The notes: a model not told the origin generated them from the letters alone. DNA of 38,248 nt from Candidatus Woesearchaeota archaeon (GCA_011045925.1 DSBS01000049.1:1-38248); one strand, 5' to 3'. Positions 1-7,810 are shown, numbered from the stretch's first letter. A program made the numbers and translations.

Positions 1-31
1 AAGCGCAAGTTTGGTGCTAGCGTGAGCTCTC

Positions 32-98
32 TTTCAGCCCGAACAATGCGGGCTGAAATATATTGTAGGGCTATCGCCCACAATATTATTTATTTTTT
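32..98 (+). terminator. Tandem stem-loops plus T-run at the window edge (probable 3' end of an upstream transcript or small structured RNA)
   Basis: Perfect 10-bp stem 32-41/49-58 (TTTCAGCCCG...CGGGCTGAAA, 7-nt loop). Second stem 62-71/76-84 with one bulge and a TATC loop. T6 run at 93-98. Confidence 0.3.
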
Positions 99-136
99 AT
101 TTGGACTTTTTGAACAGAGCCAAGCTCAGCATAAGA

Positions 137-144
137 TTTATATA
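137..144 (+). promoter_or_regulatory. TATA box for tRNA-Cys
   Basis: TTTATATA centred about 28 nt upstream of the tRNA 5' end at 169. Confidence 0.6.
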
Positions 145-168
145 CTATCTAGTGATTTCTCACGGCAA

Positions 169-241
169 GGAGGCGTGGCCAAGCGGCTAAGGCGATCGGC
201 TGCAACCCGATTATTCCTGGGTTCAAGTCCCAGCGCCTCCT
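169..241 (+). tRNA. tRNA-Cys (anticodon GCA)
   Basis: Hand-folded cloverleaf. Acceptor GGAGGCG/CGCCTCC; anticodon stem ATCGG/CCGAT with loop CTGCAAC (U33, GCA, A37). 5-nt variable loop; T arm CTGGG-TTCAAGT-CCCAG. U73 discriminator, typical of tRNA-Cys. No encoded CCA; followed by T6. Confidence 0.92.
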
Positions 242-250
242 TTTTTCTTT

Positions 251-931
251 TCAGCGCTGGAAAATTGCCCTGCAGAAATCTTCTAAAACTCCATAAGGGT
301 TTTTTGAAAGGGTAACTGCTGACGCAACAAGAATTCCCTGAACGCCAAGCTGGATTGCCTTTGCTACATCTTCACCTTTCTTAATTCCCGCACCGCAAAG
401 CACAGGTATTTGTGAAACAGAGCTTACTCTCTGTATTGAAGCAGTAACCAGCTCAGGCTTAGCACCTGATACTGAAATATCTGTTCCTATCAGTTCAGGC
501 GGCTCGATTGCAATGAAATCCGGATTAAGTGATGCTGCTGCCTGGGCAATCTCCTCATTTGAGGCGCACACAACAGTCAGAAGCCCTTCCTTTCTTGCAA
601 TATCTATTGAGTCTTCAAGCTCATCAATCTTAATCCTGTGCTCTGAATGGTTCAGCAAGGTGCCAATGGCTCCGTTTTCCCTTACGTTTTTTGCTAGCAC
701 ATAGCCTGTGTGCGGGCCTGCTTCTACTGCATCAATATGCTCTGAAAAGACAGGGATTGAAACTGCTCTTGACACCCTGTAAATGTCTCCAGACTGGACT
801 GCAACTCCAATAGTACAACCAAAATCGGCTGATGCCTTTTCACAAACCTTCGCAAGGGTTTCTGCTTTATCTCCCAAAGCATTATCATAAGCCTTAAAAT
901 TAACAAGTATGACCGGCAGTTTGATTTTCAT
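251..931 (-). CDS. tpiA: Triosephosphate isomerase, archaeal type
   Basis: 226 aa, the short archaeal TIM length. Contains VILVNFKAY, LLNHSEHR, AIEPPELIGT and CGAGI motifs. Confidence 0.9.
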   Translation of the reverse strand: MKIKLPVILVNFKAYDNALGDKAETLAKVCEKASADFGCTIGVAVQSGDIYRVSRAVSIPVFSEHIDAVEAGPHTGYVLAKNVRENGAIGTLLNHSEHRIKIDELEDSIDIARKEGLLTVVCASNEEIAQAAASLNPDFIAIEPPELIGTDISVSGAKPELVTASIQRVSSVSQIPVLCGAGIKKGEDVAKAIQLGVQGILVASAVTLSKNPYGVLEDFCRAIFQR

Positions 932-951
932 AGGGCAAGCCTTTTCAAATA

Positions 952-963
952 GATTTATAAATC
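952..963. promoter_or_regulatory. Perfectly palindromic TATA box shared by divergent tpiA and ORF 983
   Basis: GATTTATAAATC equals its own reverse complement. Its centre (957.5) is 26.5 nt from the tpiA ATG (931, minus) and 25.5 nt from the ATG at 983 (plus). Confidence 0.6.
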
Positions 964-982
964 TTGCTTTCTAAATTGCTAT

Positions 983-1771
983 ATGCGAAGGATTTTGGTT
1001 TTTGATGATTATGCAAAAGAAAATCCTGGCTTAGAAAAGGAGCTGGATGAATTGTCTGCAAAGCTCAAGCATCTTGGCCTGGATGTTATACATGCAAGCA
1101 AAACCAGGATTAAAAAAACAGAATCTATTGATATTTCCAACTCAGTTATTCCCACATCTAAAGGGGTTATTATCGGAAGCCTTCGCAGCATGGATGCTGG
1201 AGCCTGCTGTATTCAGTTTCTATCTGCCCTAAGGATTTCGCCCATCCTGCAGGTTCCTGATGGAATGCTCATTAAAGCTGAAAACATTTTTTCTCTGGGC
1301 GATGAGCTTTACATTGGAGTAAGCGAGCAATGCACAATTAAGGCTGTGCTTTTCATTAAGAAAAGGCTTATCGATGCGAAAGGGACTTTTGCAAAAATCA
1401 ATGTGTTAAAGACAAAAAAAATTCATCTTGGCGATGTATTCAGAGTAATTTCTGTTGGGCGAAAAAAAATTTACTTTATTAACAGGAACGCAGTTGAAGA
1501 TGAGTTTGATGTAATTTCAAGCGAAAAGAAGGAAAAGGCTTTATTAAGCAGAATTAAAAGAAAGGATGGGATTTACGGGCTGAGTGATAATGAATCCTGG
1601 CTGCTCGGCAACAGGTTTTTTATCGCAGGGAGCTCGGCTTTTGTTTTTGATGAGATGAGAAATATAACTTGTTTTCTGAGGCATTACGGTTTTTCAACAA
1701 ATACTGTAAAGGGAAAGTTTTTTCTCAGGGAAAAGAAAGGGATTAATGATATCGTTAAGGCTCTTGCCTGA
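983..1771 (+). CDS. Hypothetical protein, possibly amidinotransferase/DDAH-like (pentein) fold
   Basis: 262-aa ORF with TATA at -26. The segment GDELYIGVSEQCT...KIHLGDVF resembles DDAH GDHFYIGESARTN...VLHLKTG as recalled from memory. The C-terminal GG-x-S-C catalytic Cys motif is not visible (KKGINDIV instead). Confidence 0.35.
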   Translation: MRRILVFDDYAKENPGLEKELDELSAKLKHLGLDVIHASKTRIKKTESIDISNSVIPTSKGVIIGSLRSMDAGACCIQFLSALRISPILQVPDGMLIKAENIFSLGDELYIGVSEQCTIKAVLFIKKRLIDAKGTFAKINVLKTKKIHLGDVFRVISVGRKKIYFINRNAVEDEFDVISSEKKEKALLSRIKRKDGIYGLSDNESWLLGNRFFIAGSSAFVFDEMRNITCFLRHYGFSTNTVKGKFFLREKKGINDIVKALA

Positions 1772-1775
1772 ATCA

Positions 1776-4199
1776 TCAGAAGAACTTGTCAAGTGAGCTT
1801 TGGGTAATTTTTGTGATTAGCTCTTTTGCGTTTATGCCAACCACATCCGCAATTTTTTCTATGGAGGGAAGAATCTGGTTGTTAATGTAATAATCAGTGT
1901 CATAGTCGCCCTGCTCGCACTCTTCAGGCAGCCTGACCTTGTCTGCAATCTTTTTTCCTTCTGAGCAGACTATGTAAGAGATAATTGTCCCGGGAGCAGC
2001 CCTCTTTCCTGCTTCCCTTAGCCTTTCTGCTGCTGCAACATGAGGAGCCCTGGATTCATACTCAGAGATTGGCTTCTTCAGCTGGGTGGTTATTATCATT
2101 TTCCTGTTTTCTATTTTTTTTGCCCTGATTTTTACAACAACATCTTTAATATAGCTCTCTACTTCATTGTTTGGCTTTTTCGAAAGGATCATCTCAAGCA
2201 CTTTCATCTGCACTTCCTTGCCAATCTCTGACCAGTTTCTTCTTATTGTCTCAAACCCTTTTACGGAGATGGCGCCATCCTGCGACATTAGCGCGTACCT
2301 TTTCTTGGCGCCTGTCATGGTGCCTTTTGTGGATACAAAAATCCCTGTTGAAAATTTGCCTTCAAAGTTAAGCTCCATTATCCCCGGGAGCTCAGTATTT
2401 ATTTTATCTATTTCCTGCATAAGGGATTTTTCTTCTTTTCCGTCAAGACAAACAAAAATCGAGTCTGTGTCTGAGTATATAACGCTAAAGCCAGCCTTTT
2501 TTAACTTATCAATAATGGTTGTTATGTAATGCCTGCCAAAAGCTGTTATGCTCCTTGCACAGTCATAAGAATACCAGCCAGTCAGGGGGTAAGCAAAAAA
2601 CCCCCAGGTTGCGTTTGCTACTGTCTTAAGGGCGTACTGCCTTGCGTTAAGAATGGTTTTTTCCCTATCGTCTGCTGATGCGATTTTTCGCTTTATTTCT
2701 GCCCTGGCATCAATCAGATCCTTAAGCACATAAGGAATAAAACCTTCCTTGTCCTGAGAAAACCAGACTCCCTCAACTGGAGAGTCTATCTTTTTCTTTG
2801 AAGACCTGTTTACTGTTTCAGGCGAAATGTTGTGCGAAACTATGATTGTCGGGTACAGGCTCCTGAAGTCAAAGACATAAAGGCTTTCATAAAAGCCCGG
2901 GCTGGGCTGGTAGACAAAAGCGCCTTCAAAAGAGGTTCTCTGTCTTTTTCTTAGCTCGCTTTCCTCAGGAAGCGGAGGAGAGAGCATGCTGAATTCCTTT
3001 TCCCTTTTTAGCAGATGACTCTCAACAAGCATAGAAAAGCTTGACCTGCAGGCCTGAAAAGCAGGAAGAGATGAAAGCTTGCCCAGCTCTATGATTGAAG
3101 GCACAATCTTTTCTGACAAAAGGTAGCAGAGCCTAGAATCCTGAAGGTTATAGGCTGCAAACCTGTTGAGACTTTCTTGGTTTTTCCAGGCTTTGAAAAA
3201 GGAGTCGAAGTCCGCTTCATGCTTTTCCTCGCCTAAAAGTACCCTGGATACAGCAGCAAGAGACAGCGAGTCTGAATCTATCGAGGCGTTCATAATTCCT
3301 CTTATGAACCGGTATATATCCAGGTGGGTAATTCCTTTTATCTTTGCAACCTTGAAACTCGATCCTGTTACCCTGATGCCTGAATTGTCATAGCCCGGCT
3401 GGAAAGACGCATTGATTATTCTAGCCCTTTTGCTTATGTAAGGCAAGTCGAACCCATCTGAGAAATAGCCTGTGATTATATCTGCGTCCTGTTCCTTTAT
3501 GCATTCACAAATCCTTTCGAGCATTGCCTTTTCTGACTGGCAGAACTCAACAAAGTTTTCTGGGTTTTCGTATTTTTGGTATGTAAAGGCTTTCTGAAGG
3601 CTTTGTGAGTAGAGCGAAACAAATATAATCGGCTCTTTTTCAGGGTTTATTTCCTCGCCTTCTGAAAGGGTTTCTATGTCTATGGAGAGAACCTTTGGAG
3701 AGTATGCCTGCTGCTCTTTTGAGAGTATTATGCTCTTAAGAAAAAAACAGGGCTGGGTGTAATTTGATTCCATCTCGGATTTTTCGTATTCTATGTCGTA
3801 CTGGGAAAACATAGAGAAGCTATTGTCTACAAGAAACCTTTTTATGAATACGATGTTAGCTTCGTAGATCTGGACAAAGCTTTTGATTTCTTTCCTGATT
3901 ATGCTTTTTATAGGCTTAACAGCCCTTGGAGTGTTCAAGTAAACCCTTAAGAGCTTTTTTTCTTCTGAGATTATTGTCTTTTCCAGCCATTCTGTCGAGA
4001 CTACATAAAAATCCCCTTCCTTTATTTGCTTAATCCTGTCTGCATCGCTTTCATCTGAAAGCTCAACATAAAAATAAGGAAGAAACTTGTCATAAAGAAG
4101 CACTGTCTTCTTTCCGTTGATTCTCCCGGTAAGCTCTAGGTAAACCCTGTTGTTGAACTCAGTATAGTCCAGGTCCAGTAGAATAAACTTAGACTTCAT
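1776..4199 (-). CDS. polB: DNA polymerase, family B
   Basis: Exo I motif DIETL; SLYPTIIVSHNISPET (SLYPSII motif); YSDTDSIFV (YGDTDS motif). Start set at MKSKFILLDLDY (ATG 4199); the ORF is open to 4250. The length is consistent with no intein. Confidence 0.93.
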   Translation of the reverse strand: MKSKFILLDLDYTEFNNRVYLELTGRINGKKTVLLYDKFLPYFYVELSDESDADRIKQIKEGDFYVVSTEWLEKTIISEEKKLLRVYLNTPRAVKPIKSIIRKEIKSFVQIYEANIVFIKRFLVDNSFSMFSQYDIEYEKSEMESNYTQPCFFLKSIILSKEQQAYSPKVLSIDIETLSEGEEINPEKEPIIFVSLYSQSLQKAFTYQKYENPENFVEFCQSEKAMLERICECIKEQDADIITGYFSDGFDLPYISKRARIINASFQPGYDNSGIRVTGSSFKVAKIKGITHLDIYRFIRGIMNASIDSDSLSLAAVSRVLLGEEKHEADFDSFFKAWKNQESLNRFAAYNLQDSRLCYLLSEKIVPSIIELGKLSSLPAFQACRSSFSMLVESHLLKREKEFSMLSPPLPEESELRKRQRTSFEGAFVYQPSPGFYESLYVFDFRSLYPTIIVSHNISPETVNRSSKKKIDSPVEGVWFSQDKEGFIPYVLKDLIDARAEIKRKIASADDREKTILNARQYALKTVANATWGFFAYPLTGWYSYDCARSITAFGRHYITTIIDKLKKAGFSVIYSDTDSIFVCLDGKEEKSLMQEIDKINTELPGIMELNFEGKFSTGIFVSTKGTMTGAKKRYALMSQDGAISVKGFETIRRNWSEIGKEVQMKVLEMILSKKPNNEVESYIKDVVVKIRAKKIENRKMIITTQLKKPISEYESRAPHVAAAERLREAGKRAAPGTIISYIVCSEGKKIADKVRLPEECEQGDYDTDYYINNQILPSIEKIADVVGINAKELITKITQSSLDKFF
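1779..1802 (-). other. C-terminal PCNA-interacting (PIP) box of PolB
   Basis: The last 8 codons translate to QSSLDKFF, matching Q-x-x-L-x-x-F-F at the extreme C-terminus. Confidence 0.7.
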
Positions 4200-5022
4200 T
4201 GTAGGTTTTTTTTGCGAGTATGCTGTCTCCTTCAATGTTTGGGCTTTCACTTACCAGCATTCCCTTTATCTTAAAGTCTTTTAATGCTTTCATCAGGCCT
4301 TTATAGTTCAGGTCTGACTCCTGCAGGTTAAGGTGGTTTCTTTCACCCTTTTCTGAGTAGTTTATACCGGCAAGGTGCATGTGCATGTTGCTCAGGATTT
4401 CTTTGCCAAGCCCTGCCTCCAGCTTCCTGAACAGCTCTGAAAATTCTTCGTATGTGTTAAACTTTCCCTTAAGCCTTGCGTGGTTATGGGCGAAGTCTAT
4501 ACAGGGCAGAACCTGCTCCAGCTCCTGGGAGAGCCTGATTAGCTCATCTATGTCTCCCCACTGCGTTGGCTTGCCTGTGAGCTCTGGGCGGATTTCAACC
4601 TTGTTTCCTTCATCCTGCAGGATTTTTGTGATTCTTTTGAGCGAGTCTTTTACCTTTGCATATGCTGCCTCTTTTGAGGCTTTCATATAGTAAGCTGCAT
4701 GAAATGTTGCTGACCTGCCGCCGCAGAGGTGAAGCTTTCTTGCTGTCTGGAGAATCCTTTCTTCACTTGCCTTCTGCTTTTCCTTTCCTGCTGAGTTTAG
4801 GTTAATATAGTAAGGAGCGTGTGCTGTGAGCTCTTTCCCAAGGGCTTTTGCAGTGGCTCTTACCTGGTGCGCAAGCTCGTCTGACATTCGCACTCCCCTA
4901 ACGAACTCAATCTCCATGCCGTCAAGCCCAAGCTCTTTTAATCTCTCTATTCCTGAGATAATTCCTGGCTTTGCTGAAAGAGGAATCCCTGCTGTTGCAA
5001 AGCACAGCCTGCTGTAGCTCAT
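4189..5022 (-). CDS. nfo: Endonuclease IV-like AP endonuclease (xylose isomerase-like TIM barrel)
   Basis: Motifs AHAPYYINLNS, ATFHAAYY, IRPELTG, CIDFAHNHA and HMHLAG..ERNH resemble the endonuclease IV metal-site blocks. Start moved to MSYSRLCF (ATG 5022), because the longer ORF would run through tRNA-Ser. TATA-like CTTAAAAAAC lies about 26 nt upstream. The gene overlaps the polB start by 11 nt. Confidence 0.75.
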   Translation of the reverse strand: MSYSRLCFATAGIPLSAKPGIISGIERLKELGLDGMEIEFVRGVRMSDELAHQVRATAKALGKELTAHAPYYINLNSAGKEKQKASEERILQTARKLHLCGGRSATFHAAYYMKASKEAAYAKVKDSLKRITKILQDEGNKVEIRPELTGKPTQWGDIDELIRLSQELEQVLPCIDFAHNHARLKGKFNTYEEFSELFRKLEAGLGKEILSNMHMHLAGINYSEKGERNHLNLQESDLNYKGLMKALKDFKIKGMLVSESPNIEGDSILAKKTYNEV

Positions 5023-5085
5023 AAAAGGTATGAAGCAGAGGGGTTTTTTAAGGGTTATGGTTGTTCTCTTTTTCTTTGCAAAAGA

Positions 5086-5093
5086 TTTAAAAA
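5086..5093 (+). promoter_or_regulatory. TATA box for tRNA-Ser
   Basis: TTTAAAAA centred about 28 nt upstream of the tRNA 5' end at 5118. Confidence 0.55.
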
Positions 5094-5117
5094 TGCTGCA
5101 GAAATCTTTGAATGCAA

Positions 5118-5202
5118 GCTGAGGTCGCATAGCCTGGCCATTGCGGAGGATTGCTAATCCTCTGTCCATCCGGACACGGGGGTTCAAATCCCCCCCTCAG
5201 CG
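5118..5202 (+). tRNA. tRNA-Ser (anticodon GCU), type II with long variable arm
   Basis: Acceptor GCTGAGG/CCTCAGC. Anticodon stem GAGGA/TCCTC with loop TTGCTAA. Variable arm GTCC-ATCC-GGAC. T arm GGGGG-TTCAAAT-CCCCC. G73 discriminator. Confidence 0.92.
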
Positions 5203-5225
5203 AATTCTTGTTATGAGGTGAAAAA

Positions 5226-5516
5226 ATGATGCATGAAGACAGAAAGGATTTGTCTGATAAGACTCTGGATATGAAGAGAGCAATTGACTCCCTGAAAGAA
5301 GAGCTCGAGGCTGTGGAGTGGTACAACCAGAGGGCAGATGCCTGCAAGGATGAAAACCTAAGGAAAATCCTGGTGCATAACGCGAATGAAGAGAAAGAGC
5401 ACGCAGCAATGATACTTGAGTGGATAAGGCAGCACGACAAGGCGTTCGCCAAGGAGCTTAAAGAGTACATGTTCTCTGATGAAGAGGATGTTGCAGGGAT
5501 GGAAGAGAAGAAGTGA
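5226..5516 (+). CDS. Encapsulated-ferritin-type (EncFtn) ferritin-like protein
   Basis: 96 aa. EELEAVEWYNQRADA...ILVHNANEEKEHAAMILEWIRQHD closely matches the EncFtn core (EELEAVDWY...HNRDEEKEHAAM..EWLRR). GAGGTG SD lies 6 nt upstream; a T7 run follows the stop. Confidence 0.8.
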   Translation: MMHEDRKDLSDKTLDMKRAIDSLKEELEAVEWYNQRADACKDENLRKILVHNANEEKEHAAMILEWIRQHDKAFAKELKEYMFSDEEDVAGMEEKK

Positions 5517-5600
5517 GTTTTTTTGTTTATTATAATATGACTTAAAGAGTGTTAAAATGTATGCCTAATTACTCCAGTGTGACTTGATAAGTTGTGGTTA

Positions 5601-6110
5601 TCATTCGCTTATCAATTTTTTTGCCTTATTCAGGAAAAGCCTTGTATTTGTGAAAATCGTATTAATGTCGCTCCAGCCAAACCTGGTCTTTGCTGAGTAA
5701 GATGCCTCTTCTCTCTTATTTTTTGCCTTTACATAAAACAAAATGTCTTCTTTTGTAAGAAAAGCAAAGTTGACTAGCGCTAAATCATCTTCAGAAAGAT
5801 CTCTATAGTATTCAAGCATGAGAAGGCACAACGTTGCATCGTGGCTTTTTGAGAAAAAGCCTTTCCTGATAATCAAGGCAAGCGCAGCATGGTAAAGGCA
5901 ATAGTAACAGCCAACCACAGCCCAGTCAGAAAACTCTTTTGAGATGCTATCAACAAATCTTATATTGCTAACTGCCTTAGCAATATGCCCCTTAACCGCA
6001 TTTATGTCTGGCGGCATTATTTTCACAACACCTGCATTCTTGAACTCTTCAATCTTTCTTTCCAGCTCCTGCCTCGAGCCAAGAAGCCTTCTTAGGTAAT
6101 GCTCATTCAT
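5601..6110 (-). CDS. HEPN domain protein (toxin-like partner of the upstream nucleotidyltransferase)
   Basis: 169 aa, all-helical. CYYCLYHAALALI...GFFSKSHDATL is typical of the PF05168-type HEPN core. Overlaps the upstream MNT gene by 8 nt. Confidence 0.7.
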   Translation of the reverse strand: MNEHYLRRLLGSRQELERKIEEFKNAGVVKIMPPDINAVKGHIAKAVSNIRFVDSISKEFSDWAVVGCYYCLYHAALALIIRKGFFSKSHDATLCLLMLEYYRDLSEDDLALVNFAFLTKEDILFYVKAKNKREEASYSAKTRFGWSDINTIFTNTRLFLNKAKKLISE

Positions 6111-6702
6111 TGTATATCAGGCAATAAAAGTATTCCTTGTTAAATACAGGAAAGCCGGTTTCAATTGCCGACTGCACAACATAATCCTGCTTTAGCTTTA
6201 GCTCTTTATAAAACCTGGCTTCAGAAACCCGAAAAACCTGCAGATTTTGGCCTGTCAGGGCTTCGGCGCTCTTTTTTGCCTGGCCAGACTCTTTACTGCT
6301 TCCTGAAACCTGAAGAATGTCAATGTCTGAGCTGTCATTAAATGTGCCCTTGGCTGTGGAGCCAAAAACAATAAGCAAAGCCGGCTTGTGTACTAGTGCA
6401 GCAAGGTATTCCTTAACCGCGTTTTTCCTAAGAAAGGGAAGGGATTCCAGGCGATCTGTATCAAACAATGGAAAAATAAGCGGAATCTGCTGCCTTCTGA
6501 TTGAGTATTTCTTTAGGTTTGCATCTTTTTTGCTTTGCAGTATTCCTGCTTTCTCAAGAGAATTCAGGTGCAGGAAAGTTGAGCTTTCCTTAATTCCTAT
6601 TCTCCTCGATATTTCCCTAAGGTGAACAGGTGTGTTGTGGTTTTCATAGAAAAGCTTTAGTATACTCCAGTATTGGCTGCGAAACAATGTTCTAGTTGTC
6701 AT
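6103..6702 (-). CDS. Winged-helix fused minimal nucleotidyltransferase (MNT, antitoxin-like)
   Basis: N-terminal wHTH (PVHLREISRRIGIKESSTFLHLNSLEKAGIL). NTase signature LLIVFGSTAKGTFNDSSDIDILQV (GS-x9-DxD). Confidence 0.8.
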   Translation of the reverse strand: MTTRTLFRSQYWSILKLFYENHNTPVHLREISRRIGIKESSTFLHLNSLEKAGILQSKKDANLKKYSIRRQQIPLIFPLFDTDRLESLPFLRKNAVKEYLAALVHKPALLIVFGSTAKGTFNDSSDIDILQVSGSSKESGQAKKSAEALTGQNLQVFRVSEARFYKELKLKQDYVVQSAIETGFPVFNKEYFYCLIYNE

Positions 6703-6707
6703 AACAA

Positions 6708-6728
6708 ATGTTATAACTTAAATAACAT
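6708..6728. promoter_or_regulatory. Inverted repeat (candidate operator) between TATA box and the MNT start codon
   Basis: ATGTTAT-N7-ATAACAT at 6708-6714/6722-6728. The distal arm overlaps the minus-strand TATA TTTATAT (6727-6733), about 28 nt upstream of ATG 6702. Confidence 0.45.
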
Positions 6729-6822
6729 ATAAATCTTTCGTAAATTCACGCAAATGACTTAATTGCTGCTTAAACCAAACAAGAACCTCAACAATGCGCT
6801 CTGTTTAGGAAAAGAAAAAAAC

Positions 6823-7041
6823 TCACCGCTTCAGCGCAGAGCCAATCATGGATGCTGCTGTGATGATTCCTGCTGTCAGGATTACCATGTTTCCGTCAAC
6901 AGGAGTTACTCCTGCCCATGTTGCCCCTAATTTTATTATCCAGGTCGCCAGCATAAAGTACACTATTCCAAGCAGTATCAGCATTATCGATGCCAGGGCT
7001 GTTACGCCAAGCCCAAAAAGCCATCCAGCTACAGCTTTCAT
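6823..7041 (-). CDS. Small hydrophobic membrane protein (hypothetical)
   Basis: 72 aa, 2-3 predicted TM segments. GAGGTG SD lies 5 nt upstream of the ATG, with an upstream TATA (TTTATATAC). A T7 run follows just after the stop. Confidence 0.6.
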   Translation of the reverse strand: MKAVAGWLFGLGVTALASIMLILLGIVYFMLATWIIKLGATWAGVTPVDGNMVILTAGIITAASMIGSALKR

Positions 7042-7144
7042 AATATCACCTCAGCATAAAGAAACCTAAGAAAGTATATAAATCTTGCTTAAATCTGGCA
7101 GTTTCAGCAAAAGCTTTAAAAGAGCTAGACAAACCTCTGGAATC

Positions 7145-7810
7145 ATGAAAGCAATGAAGCTCTCTTTTGAGAGCAACCCTAACATAGGCACAGGAATCTT
7201 TGTAAGCAATAAGCTAGGGCTTATAGGCAAGTCTTATGAGAAAAGGTTCAAAAAGGAATTGGAGACCTTGTTTGGTGTGCCGTTCTACGGGATTACCTTT
7301 ACTGGCACAGACCTGATTGGTGTTTTCATTGCAGGCAACGATGATTTAATCGTAATTCCCGACATCTGCTTTAAAGAGGAACTTGAAACAATAAAAAGCA
7401 TCTGCACGAGCCACAAGCCAACCTTGATTGTCTCTGAGGACAAGGCAACTGCCCTTGGAAACCTTATCCTGTCCGGAAAAGAAGCTTTGCTGATTTCAGA
7501 AGAACTCAGCGAAAAAACAGAGCAAATGCTCAAAAAGTATATTAAGGTTAAAAGGGCAAATTTCTCTAACCCGCTGGTTGGCTCACTAGCAGCAAAAAAC
7601 AGCACAAAAGCTGTTGCAAGCCCTGCATTAAGCGAAGAAGAAACAATGCAAATTGAAAAGGCATTTAAAGTGCAATGCATAAAAATGAGCGTTAATTTCG
7701 GCAACAATTTCGTAAGCTCAGGACTAGTGCTTAACGATTCTGGCTACGCAATAGGCGAGCACAGCACTTCTATTGAGGTTTATGAGATAGACAATTTCCT
7801 GAGGGAATAA
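7145..7810 (+). CDS. eif6: Translation initiation factor 6 (aIF6)
   Basis: MKAMKLSFESNPNIGTGIF matches the aIF6 N-terminus pattern. An internal TALGNLIL block is present, along with five-fold pseudo-repeat character. The ORF is open from TTG 7085, but that lies within or just after the TATA box. Confidence 0.85.
   Translation: MKAMKLSFESNPNIGTGIFVSNKLGLIGKSYEKRFKKELETLFGVPFYGITFTGTDLIGVFIAGNDDLIVIPDICFKEELETIKSICTSHKPTLIVSEDKATALGNLILSGKEALLISEELSEKTEQMLKKYIKVKRANFSNPLVGSLAAKNSTKAVASPALSEEETMQIEKAFKVQCIKMSVNFGNNFVSSGLVLNDSGYAIGEHSTSIEVYEIDNFLRE

Noticed and set aside
22-315. 97-aa plus-strand ORF at the window start
   Set aside because: It reads straight through the well-folded tRNA-Cys (169-241), its promoter and terminator, and then overlaps the tpiA 3' end. 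It begins with GTG and has no recognisable protein features.
1776-4250. Inteins in PolB (and in aIF5B, 18013-19776)
   Set aside because: The lengths (807 and 587 aa) and the uninterrupted spacing of the polymerase and GTPase motifs leave no room for an intein. No Cys/Ser...HN splice-junction blocks were seen.
5023-5187. N-terminal 55-codon extension of the endonuclease IV ORF (ORF 4189-5187)
   Set aside because: The extension overlaps tRNA-Ser (5118-5202) on the opposite strand and its TATA box. The internal ATG at 5022 starts a sequence matching endonuclease IV N-termini and has a TATA-like box about 26 nt upstream.
5203-7084. Integrated mobile element at tRNA-Ser (EncFtn, HEPN-MNT and the small membrane gene as cargo)
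   Set aside because: There is no integrase or recombinase. The only downstream match to the tRNA 3' end is the 7-mer CCTCAGC at 7049-7055, which is the complement of the GAGGTG Shine-Dalgarno of the 6823-7041 gene. That is too short to call an att site.
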